The notes beneath the pieces were generated by a model. That model did no database searches. It was not told where the DNA came from and was given only the letters and a program-made list of their open reading frames with translations. Shown one piece after another: positions 25,187 to 35,495 of a stretch of 64,000 nt of DNA; position 1 is the stretch's first letter; every line of letters begins with the position of its first letter. Position numbers and translations under genes: made by a program. This DNA is from Camelus dromedarius. Its lineage: Eukaryota. The stretch covers positions 106,392,001 through 106,456,000 of the forward strand of contig NC_087436.1 in assembly GCF_036321535.1 (NCBI RefSeq), given 5' to 3'.

Positions 25187-26239
25187 TATATGTATATAAT
25201 GAATACCTAGCATTCAATGAACACAAAAGTATCAGAGAATAACACGACCCAGGGATCACCTGATAATAAACATCAAGTCTCCTTGGTCAAGTGACCAATA
25301 TTATTTCACAGTTGACTGTGTGGAGGGTTGAGCCAATGACCTTTGCCCTGAATTTAATAATTTACTGTAGTTTTACATTAAATCAGAATATAATTGGGAA
25401 GAAAATTAGTGTTTCTTTGTGGGGAGTGCAGAGTAATGCCGCTAATTGCATGTATAAAAGCCTTCCCGAGGTTGTATTTTCCTGTTCTTTCTTGATTTAG
25501 AAAATTAAACTACGGTAATTTTCCGCTATTTGTAAGAGGGAAAATGTACCAGTGAAATGTATTCAGCTAACTTAAAATGTCAAAGCTTTTGGCCACCTTT
25601 TTATGTCCAGTAATGACAAACTGTCAATTTCATCACATTATTCAGGAATATACTAGCAACTTGTTGCAGATATCAGAGTAGACAAATCTAAGATATGTGT
25701 GGTCTGAAAGAGGAAACAGTCTGGTGTTTTTTGGTTTTTCTGTTTGTTTTTCTTTCTTTCACTTTAATATTTGAGCAACTTTATAGTTAGAGCAAATCAC
25801 TATTTTTTTCCTTTTAAAGAGATGGACAATAGAGAATTCATTAACTTAACTTTAGTGGAAGAGGAGATTAAATTAATAGTGCTTTAGAATTACTTTTTGA
25901 TACCTGGGGAATTTTTTTTTCAGATAATTTATAATCAGGTAAAAGAATAGAGCTGATATCCAAAGTGTAGTGGGTAAAAATTTTATAAAAACATGTATAT
26001 TCACAAATATACATACATGCGTACATCACTCTGGATCTTGGAAGGGTTAAATCAGACCACGGTGGTGTAATGGGAAGTGTCTTTCGGCGTTGTCTAGTAC
26101 CTTGAGTTTGTTATGTATTCAATACGTAGTGTCATCATAAAACAGTTGTGCCTGCATTAGCCCTCATTGTCTCAGGCTACAAGCTGAAAAATTTTAAAAA
26201 TGAAAAAGCTCAAGAAATGAATATTTCTGCTAATGGCAT

Positions 26240-27136
26240 GTCGGTATTTTTCCCTTACTCCACGGACATTCTTGGTCTCAAACGCAAACTGTACAACCCA
26301 GGGCACTAGGGTTGGAATCCAGTGTTTATTCAAAAAGGCACCCTAAGGCAGTTAGAGGAAATGCTACATGTATGGGGGGGCGGAAAAAAAGGCAGCCGGG
26401 AAACTACGCTGATCTAGGCAGAGCAGCACTGACTGTATTTGCTAACACTTGTTCTCTGAGAGCCTATGAGAGAAATGGAAATAATCAGAAGGAACCTTAA
26501 AGGATGGGATTTTCTTGCTTGTTCTCCTTATATGGAGCACAGCAAACTGCAGTAAGACTTCGGGAGCTGGTATTCCCTACTGCCACGGGCACAGCCGATT
26601 TCTGGGTGGAGGAGTTTGTTTAGACCGTAACAAATATGGGCTGTTTTGTTGATTAAATAAGCAAAGCAAAAAGAAAAGAAAGAAAAAAGTATGCCCCCTT
26701 CTCTGCTTTCAAACACTTCCCCCAATTAGAAAATATCTCATAAAAATGCATCATGTGATAAGATCCTGCTTTAGTCCCAAACCGAGTCCATTTGGATGTC
26801 TTAGAATTTGAGTCCTTAGGGAGTACACATTTTAGCTGNNNNNNNNNNNNNNNNNNNNNNNNNNNNNNNNNNNNNNNNNNNNNNNNNNNNNNNNNNNNNN
26901 NNNNNNNNNNNNNNNNNNNNNNNNNNNNNNNNNNNNNNNNNNNNNNNNNNNNNNNNNNNNNNNNNNNNNNTCAAAGCTGGCTTTAGTCACAGCATGATGC
27001 TCGAAGCCTCCAAAAGTCCAAGTGTTTCCTTTCTTTCTTTCCTCTTTCTGTTTTTTTTTTTCTTTTTTTTTTTAAGCGTTACTTCACTGAGGCAGAGGTC
27101 TGCCTTTGAGTGACGTCACGAGCTTCAGCAGCAGGC
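26240..27136 (+). promoter_or_regulatory. PPARGC1A: PPARGC1A proximal promoter
   Basis: Contains TGCCTTTGAGTGACGTCA. Insulin-response (FOXO1)-type heptamers TATTTTT (26245-26251) and TGTTTTG (26642-26648) lie at spacings similar to the human promoter. A long pyrimidine/T tract spans 27025-27073. Confidence 0.85.
27111..27118. promoter_or_regulatory. Palindromic CRE (TGACGTCA), CREB/ATF2 site
   Basis: Perfect TGACGTCA in the conserved TGCCTTTGAG-TGACGTCA context known from the PPARGC1A promoter. Confidence 0.92.
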
Positions 27137-27406
27137 NNNNNNNNNNNNNNNNNNNNNNNNNNNNNNNNNNNNNNNNNNNNNNNNNNNNNNNNNNNNNNNN
27201 NNNNNNNNNNNNNNNNNNNNNNNNNNNNNNNNNNNNNNNNNNNNNNNNNNNNNNNNNNNNNNNNNNNNNNNNNNNNNNNNNNNNNNNNNNNNNNNNNNNN
27301 NNNNNNNNNNNNNNNNNNNNNNNNNNNNNNNNNNNNNNNNNNNNNNNNNNNNNNNNNNNNNNNNNNNNNNNNNNNNNNNNNNNNNNNNNNNNNNNNNNNN
27401 NNNNNN
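27137..27406 (+). other. PPARGC1A: Inferred position of canonical exon 1a (5'UTR plus first coding segment), hidden by a 270-nt N-run
   Basis: The run starts 18 nt after the promoter CRE, and its length fits the CRE-to-first-donor distance in mammalian PPARGC1A. It leaves a ~5-kb intron 1. The sequence itself is not visible, so this is inference. Confidence 0.8.
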
Positions 27407-28009
27407 CAGCCAGGACCGAAGCTTCCCTCGCGATGCAATTATTCCTGTAAGGGGGGAAGGGCTTGGGCTTGGGCGAGGAGAGGAGAGGAGGCAGAAAAGT
27501 AGCCCGGGCAGCAGCTTTTGGAAGGGAATCTCTATCTTATCTCAACTCCAATAAGTTTGCTATTTTAAGGTGGCTCTGAGATACCTTGAGCAAATCAAAG
27601 CTTAGCTGCTGTCATCAGTATCTGTTGCAGTTAGAAACTCTTTCCATGTGCCTTTGGCTCTGTTTCTACCCATATGCAATATTTATGCTCCAAGATATTG
27701 ATATGAATCAGAGGCTAAAGTCTTTCCAGTGGTGTTTAGTGGCCTGGTTGGAAAAATGCCATTTCTATTTATAATAAGATAAAGATAAAAATATTAAAAT
27801 GGATGTGCTCAGATANNNNNNNNNNNNNNNNNNNNNNNNNNNNNNNNNNNNNNNNNNNNNNNNNNNNNNNNNNNNNNNNNNNNNNNNNNNNNNNNNNNNN
27901 NNNNNNNNNNNNNNNNNNNNNNNNNNNNNNNNNNNNNNNNNNNNNNNNNNNNCTGATTCCTTTAAAACTCCTGTATGTGGTTGAAAGCTTTGGCCGGCAG
28001 ATAAAAAAA

Positions 28010-28029
28010 ATATATATATATATATATAT
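28010..28029. repeat. (AT)10 microsatellite in intron 1
   Basis: Read directly from the sequence; preceded by A8. Confidence 0.95.
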
Positions 28030-31000
28030 GTATGCCTTACAGTGCAAGGTTTTCCATTCGCCTCGGTGGCAGGGAAGCCAATGGTTAAATCTCTCTGTAC
28101 CACGGAGAGCTGCCTGAAGCCGGAGAGAGAATAGAGTTTATGCAGGACGGTGTGTGGAGCTGCTCGCTGCTTGTGTAAAAATAGACGGCAATACATCAAT
28201 TCCAGCCTCTGCTGGCTACAATTCATACAGGGGGAAAAAAAGCGAGCTGGTTTCCTCGTAATCTCTGGAGTCTAGAGTGACTAGCGGGGGGGACGGAGGA
28301 CCGTGGCGTGTTTGCATTCAACACAATGGAATGTTCTCGGAAAGTTTGGCCAACTTGGGAAACAAGCGAAACTTTCTGTGGACTCTGGTGAGATGGACCC
28401 GAATTGAATTGCAGGGAGGATCTGGGCGGCTAACAATGAATCTGGCACAGGGCTGGGAGTGCGTCCTCTGGGAAGCTGGGGGCACGTAGGGTAAGGGGAG
28501 GATCAAGGGCTACACGTGATTTGATTAAATAAGATGTTCATGTGGTGTGGCGATACACATCTAAAGTGAAAATAATTTGGCCGAGGCCGTCGGCGAGTGC
28601 ATTTTTCCTATCTAGCGAGGCATGCCCTGGATTCTTAACTCTTCGCTGGGTCTGCAAACGCTGGCTCCGTTTACCCTCTCTCGCCTTGGCAGATGCCTCT
28701 TTGCGGATTGTAATTGTTCTTATCTTCTTGTGACTTCTCGGTAAGGGGGACTAGATATGGATAATTCATATGGCCTGCAGCTATTATGAGTCAGGGTTCC
28801 AAGTGGCTTCAAAGTCCTCATTGTCTTCGAGGAGCTGGAGTGTCCTGTGGGTCGCTTGCCTGGCTGGGGCTGTGGGGCTCAGCTGCTGTAGTTTCATTTT
28901 TCCATCATGTATTATTCCTGATGCCGCTAGGAGTTGATTGAGGAACTAGGTCCTATGGAAATATGGCAGATTTATTTTAATCATCGGAGTTCCTGCAGTC
29001 ATTTTCAAATACGCGTCAGAAGCATTGAGAACAGTGACCCTTTAATTTTGCTCTTCAAGAGGTGAGGTCTCGGGCTAATTGTCCAGCCGTGGATTGAGTT
29101 GTCCGGCTGGCTGAGACCGGCCAGTCGCTTTTCTGTTGCACCGGAGGCAGCAAACTGCTAGCAGCCCTGCCTTCCCGGCAGCAGCCCTGGGAATCNNNNN
29201 NNNNNNNNNNNNNNNNNNNNNNNNNNNNNNNNNNNNNNNNNNNNNNNNNNNNNNNNNNNNNNNNNNNNNNNNNNNNNNNNNNNNNNNNNNNNNNNNNNNN
29301 NNNNNNNNNNNNNNNNNNNNNNNNNNNAATAAAGGCCTGTATCCCTATGGCTACTCAGGGTCTCCAGTGCTTCAGTTTAATGAAGGTGGTGTCCAGTAAG
29401 GTTACTAAGATTGATAGGCAGTTCACATGACACAAACTCCACTAAGACTGTCACTCTTTACTGACCCCCGCCCTACCCCCTAACCCTGTCTTGACTAATT
29501 TTTTTTTAAGAAGTAAGATTCTTTTCTTCATTAATGTAATGAATGTGGCCAAGTCCACTCTTTCTTCTCTCTCTCTTTAAAATTTACCATCAATGGCACA
29601 AAAACCTCCAAAAGGTTAATGGAGAATTATACTTAATTATAATGATTCATTATCATCCGTGCAGTGAAGCTAATTTATTGTCGGCTCCTTAACTAAGAGA
29701 AAAATCTGTTGGGGTGAAATAACGTATAATAATTAGCCTTTTGTGTTTAGTGACTGCTTTATCCTCTTAAATCTTATTATAAAATTAAGGCTATGGTGGC
29801 GAAAAAGCTGTCATAGTTGCAAAGAAGCAGTAGAATGTGTCTCTGTAATTGCAATAAAGCACACCTGTTACAGATGTATAGGGAAGCAGTAAATATCAAG
29901 ATGTCAGCTGAGGACAGTTACAGGGCTTGGACGGTTAAGTCTGGCATCATCCAAAGGCCAAATATAAATTAATAACAGGAACACTTGCTACCACTAATGT
30001 GTTTTAGATTATCAGGATAATGCCACATTCAGAAGCCCTGATTTTATTAGCACGTCAACATTGGCAGGAGCAAAGGCACATTTTTCAACTATAACATAAA
30101 AGCAAAAATGAGAGAGACAGAGAGTGAGAGCAAAGGAAAGGAAAGAAATCTGTGAATTACAGCAGAGTGGAATACACAAAATGGATCTGATCTTTTCAGT
30201 AGTTTTCAAAAGTTACTGAAAAATACATCTTTCTGAAAGGTTGAAGGGTTTTGAAGAAGCCATGCCCCGAGAGGGTTGTTACAGAGACAGAAGTCGCTCA
30301 CCAATCGGTAGGGCGCTCTCAGCATTCCAGGACATGGGCTCTAAACGAGGTTCTCCACCCGAGGAATTTAAGCCAGACATAGAGATCCTACGTTTTCTAA
30401 CTTATTTTTAATTTTTGTTGCTGTTCCTGTTGCTTGTGCTTTGTATTTTAAGGACTGTCCCTCCAATCCTAGTGGTTTTGGCACCACTGAAAAAGTTAGC
30501 GCCTGGTCTCTGAGTCACCTCGTCTTTTGCAGTGGAGGAGTTAACGCTGCGCGTTTGTGATTGGAGGACAAGCAGTGGGCAAGTGCGGAGGCTGGGAAGT
30601 GTTACACCCACAACAAAACACGAACATTGTACCAGACGAAGTCCCTTCAGCCCAGCCTCCACTTCCTTAGAAACCTTGTCAAGTATACCAATCTGTAACT
30701 TTAGGCTAACTCCGATAATTGAAAAGGAAAGTCCAATACAATGATAAGGAAGGAGATGGCCCTGTCTTTGCAGTACCTCTGTGCCTGCAACCTGGGATCC
30801 CACTGGGGCCCCGTAGTCTTAGGGAGGAACTGCAGGAATTTTCAGGCTCCTCCCATCCTCCCCTTACGAACTGCTGACTCCATTACCCAGTACCTACTTC
30901 TCAGCGTGGCGCTGACGATCACACTGCTGCATATGACCCGTGTAATGTAGCCTGCCAGGGATGACAGGGGTGCCTGGAAAAAAAAATCCGCATAAAACTT

Positions 31001-32339
31001 ATTTTATTCAAAATCTAAATGTCAAGCAGCGTCTTCAGCTTCAGGCCCCACTGCTGCCTGGATGTGAACAAGTTCCCAGCAGCAATCCCGACCTTGGAAG
31101 GGAGGGCCGAGAGGGCATCACCTCAGAGTGTGCACCTGCTGATTTAGACCCCTCAGCTCGCAGGTGGACGAAGTCCCTGGGGCTCTGGCATCATCAGACC
31201 CCTGCAATCGGAAGTTTCCGCAGGGTTCTTCACAGTTTGCAGTGATGAATCAGCAGTCAGATAGCTGGTCTGAGGTTAGAAATCTACCTCATTGGGAAGG
31301 GGGTCCACTTTCCTTAAAAAAGCCACAGTATGAAACACTTAAAAGACCACCTACTCTAGGCAAGAAGGTGACAAGCAGTCCAGTCACCATCAAGGATATT
31401 TTAAGCCTCTCAAATATATTGAAATCATTTTTAAAACTCCAAAGGGGAAAAAAAATAGTTTTTGTGAATTCACTTAGAGCACAGTTGAGGCATATATAAA
31501 TGATGAACAAAAAACGTAGTTGTGGTGTGCCCTACTGGTTTTTCTTTTCAGACGTCAGATGATGCCAATCATTTACATACATACATACACACACCCACAC
31601 ACCAACACACAAGACTTGCAAGTTACACATAGTGAAAAATACAAAGGGCATAAAAAAAAGATTTTTGTTCTTCCTCTCAAGGATCTTGCTTTTGACCTGT
31701 TTGAAATGAAGTTCAGAGGCTCATGAAAAAAGATTTAAATAACAATTCAACAGAACCATAGACAAGTTAAAGGACTTTGCATCATTAGTTGCTAAATGAA
31801 TTACACGGATTATAATGGTTAAAGGGAGAATGAATGGAGAAAGTTTTCCTGGTATAGTTCTTATATCCTATTTTTCATTTAGTAATCATTTATTTTGTCT
31901 TTATTATGTGTGATGACAATTCCAAGGTGAAATCAAATTTGTATCCGTCTCTCAAAGGAGTTATACTCTGAGGATAGAGTGAAATTTTGCATTTGTTAAT
32001 CAAAAAATAATTTGAAACTTGGTAAAGTGTTAACTATCAAAGAGGTGCAAGCAAATCTAGTTGATTTCTAACCGGGTGAATCCGAGAAGGCTTCATGGAA
32101 CCGTAACATTGACCAGGGATTTAGAGGTAGAATTTTGGATGGAGTGGTTCGGGCAAAGTACCCTTTGGGAGCAAAGTGAGTTAAAGAATTTAGGGTGTTT
32201 TTCTGGTGACTAAAACCCTGGAAACCAGCTTTGGTGGTGTCGTTGAATTAACCAGGCTTAATTCCTATCACATGCTATTGCAGTTTAATAAATTCCTGCA
32301 GTTAACGAAAGCCTTTTTCCCCCCTCCTACCTCCTGCAG

Positions 32340-32519
32340 TGTGCTGCTCTGGTTGGTGAAGACCAGCCTCTTTGCCCAGATCTTCCTGAACTTGACCTTT
32401 CTGAACTAGACGTGAACGACTTGGATACAGACAGCTTTCTGGGTGGACTCAAGTGGTGCAGTGACCAATCAGAAATCATATCCAATCAGTACAACAATGA
32501 GCCTTCGAACATATTTGAG
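32340..32519 (+). CDS. PPARGC1A: PGC-1alpha coding exon 2 (180 nt, phase 0/0)
   Basis: Polypyrimidine tract and ...ctcctgcag|TGT acceptor; TTTGAG|gtaagg donor. The 60 codons read CAALVGEDQPLCPDLPELDLSELDVNDLDTDSFLGGLKWCSDQSEIISNQYNNEPSNIFE, matching PGC-1alpha exon 2. Candidate branch point TTAAC at 32302-32306. Confidence 0.98.
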
Positions 32520-33413
32520 GTAAGGATAGCCCTTGGTGAAAATTCAGTTCTCGTTGAACTTGACTTGGGCCACACTAACATCCTTGGCCTGGAAGCGTAA
32601 CGAGTTCTTACTTTGCTGTCACCAAAACACTTTTTCCCAGACTTAGGCACTTCCTGTTTTGTGGAAAAATAATATTTGGAAAACAAATGGACCTTTTATT
32701 TATTTATTTTTGAGAACCAAGGCCCTAAGGACCCACAGTAGAGTACACCAAACTCTGTTGAAAGACAAAGGGACTATGGAAGAATGAGTTACAAAGAAGA
32801 ACACGTGTCTAAACCTCTTTATTCCTGTCTGTTTCTCACAGAAAATGACACCTCATGTAAATTCATACAAAATATAAAAGAATGCATTCTGTTTAACCAA
32901 GGTCTATCTTGTGAAGTAGGTGAGCAACTCGTATTATTACGGTCGCATTTTTGATTATAACTCCGATTTCTCTATGCTATGGAACCTTCGAAACCCAGCT
33001 ACTCTAATATTTACTTACAAGTGAGTCAAAATTAATTTACCTTTTGGCAGTGAGAATTCCCTCCCAGACTCTAGACTCTTCATCATAAGCCTACCCTATA
33101 AGAAAGAATGCTAATCTGCACCTGCTAAAGGGTTACTTTGAGAAAAGAAGTTCTTTCTCACAAGATCAGTTCTCATTTACTTGGAGATAAATAGTTTCCT
33201 GTGGGACAGACATTAAGTGGGTCCTCTGGCAAGTGAACTGAATAACGATTGTCCAGTCAACTTGTTTTCAATACGACAACCACCAGCCCCTCCATCACCA
33301 TCTAACATTTTCTACCTACCATGTGCCAGAGTCCATACAAAGCACTTTAAATGTGTTTTTTATCCACCAGCAGAGACATTTCTTATACTTCAGTGTTATT
33401 TGGTTGAAATCTC

Positions 33414-33547
33414 GAGTCATTAAGAAAGCCAATTTTACAATATTTATTGAGTTTTTCCAGCACCCGGCACATAAAAGGCACTGAATAAATGTTTATTGAG
33501 TCATTAAGAAAACCAATTTTACAGTATTTACTGAGTTTTTCCAGCAC
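33414..33547. repeat. Local tandem duplication, period 84 bp
   Basis: 50-bp cores at 33414-33463 and 33498-33547 differ at 3 positions. Confidence 0.9.
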
Positions 33548-33574
33548 ACAGAAGGTGTGGAATAAGTGTTTCTT

Positions 33575-33830
33575 GAATAATGAGTGAATGATGGATATAG
33601 TGTGTTCGTAACAGTAATAATAATAAGAGATTGGCCAACATTTTGGGACACTCTTGGCTTTACGGATGCCGCTGCACTCATCCCTCAAAGCAACCTGTAG
33701 TTTAAGTACTATTCTTATTATTCCCATTTTACATATGCAGACAACGAGTCTCAGAGAGGCTAAGTGATTTTCCCAAAATCACACAGTTGATAAAGATGAG
33801 GGCTTTGAACCCCAAAGTTATCTGACTTCA
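33575..33830 (-). mobile_element. MIR SINE
   Basis: CCCATTTTACATATGCAGACAACGAGTCTCAGAGAGGCTAAGTGATTTTCCCAAAATCACACAG. Confidence 0.8.
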
Positions 33831-34698
33831 CAGTCTATTATCATTGATAAAAATAGAATAATGCTGAATTTGGGTGACAGCCATCCTTTACAAAGACATA
33901 TCAAGCTGCTTCTTTGCTCAATATATTTAAAAATAGAACAGAATCTTTTCTTTCAGTGTTGCTTGACATGGGAGCAGGTATATAGCTGGTGAGCCGAGGT
34001 GGCTCTAGGTTCTGTCGACGGCCAAGATTTATAATACGTCTGGAGCATTAAGTGGGTCTTAGAAGAGTGCTTAAGGCAATGGAGTTAAGGCTGGGGAGGA
34101 GGAATCAGATGCAGGAAACACTGAGGGTTTGTGGTTAGTTATACTTTCCCAGGCTTCTCAGCCGGGTCCTGGAAAGTTCATGCGAGGACTTGGCTGGTTC
34201 GAACTGGTAAATTGAACATTCCTCATTCAGTACACTTGTCAGGTTACAGGCCCATTTTAAGTCATGCTGCATTAAATAAACAGTACTTGAAAAAAATGTC
34301 CATCTCTATAGACCTCTTATCTAAAAATCTCAAAATCGGCTATTTCGTATTGGGTGAGTGCCATGTATTTTGTAGAAGATGGTTAGGGAATAACTAAAAG
34401 GTGGGGGAAGGGGTGGCATGGCAGTCAGTGCCTCCCTGGTGGGCTGGTTGCAAAAAATACAACTTTTTCCGTGTCTTTATGTCCCCATATTTCGTATTGT
34501 GGCACCTGCCTGAGGTACTTCTCATTTACACCTTTGGGAGACTTAGTCCAGCAACTAGTTAGGTATCTCTAGGTGCCCAGGCTACAGAAAGACACCCCCT
34601 TTTGTTTTCTAATGTAACTTTCGACCCCTGACAGAATTGTTTGCAACACTCTAAAACGCAAGGTTTATGTCATTCAATCTCTCACTAGGTCTTTAAAC

Positions 34699-34918
34699 CA
34701 GAGATTCTCAACCAAAGGCAGTTTTGCCTGCCCGGGGATGCTCAGCACCGTCTGGAGGTATATTTGATTGTTAGGACTCGGGGCCGGGAGATGCTCCTGG
34801 CATTTAGTGGGTAGAGACCAGAGATGCTGCTAAAAATCCTACATTGCACAGGATAACTCCCCACAACAACGAATTATTTGGCCCCAAATGATAACAGGGC
34901 TGAAGTGAAGAAACCCTG
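34699..34918 (+). mobile_element. MER20 hAT-Charlie DNA transposon, near full length
   Basis: CAGAGATTCTCAACC...GGCATTTAGTGGGTAGAGACCAGAGATGCTGCTAAAAATCCTACATTGCACAGG...CCCACAACAACGAATTAT...GAAACCCTG is collinear with MER20. Confidence 0.88.
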
Positions 34919-35463
34919 TTTTTTTTTTAAAAAAAAAAAAAAGTCACTGAAATTCCTTTTTAGAAAACACTAAAGATGCATTGGTCAGATTCCCGAGAGA
35001 GAGCATAGAGTTAGGATACAGGATATGAAGAATTAGAAGCTGTGTAAAATTATCGAGATGGCCAGGGTCTCGGGACTGATACGTCCGGAATTCTCTCAGT
35101 GGCGGAGAGCAAAAGTGACTGTGTAGATAAATCCCCGTGACAGTTTTCTCTGATGTCACCAAACCTATTCCTCTTTGTCTATGCAAAGGGTGAGGCCGTA
35201 TGTGGCAATTCTCGTCGTACACACGGCAGCAGAGAGCTTTCTCAGCATTTGCATACAGCAGGGCTGCCGCTGCCCTGTGGCCTCCAGCGTTAAACTCAGA
35301 CATCTTTTCTCTAACAGGGGTAAAAAAAAGTGTGTTTTGAGCATAGGTAGAATTCTAAAATTGTATCTTCCCCTCTTCCCCTGTGAAAGCTCCGTATGCA
35401 CCAGCATAACCCTTGAATGGCGACGGCTTTTTGCTCCTACCAAAGCTGCCTTTCCCGGAGGGC

Positions 35464-35495
<32 letters not shown>

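Noticed and set aside
25700-25800. Expected MEF2 site of the proximal promoter (~1.5 kb upstream of the TSS)
   Set aside because: Only an imperfect TTAATATTTG was seen; it cannot be assigned without an alignment.
32412-32600. ORF running from exon 2 into intron 2
   Set aside because: It is the exon 2 frame reading through a strong GAG|gtaagg donor; the GTG start is an internal Val codon.
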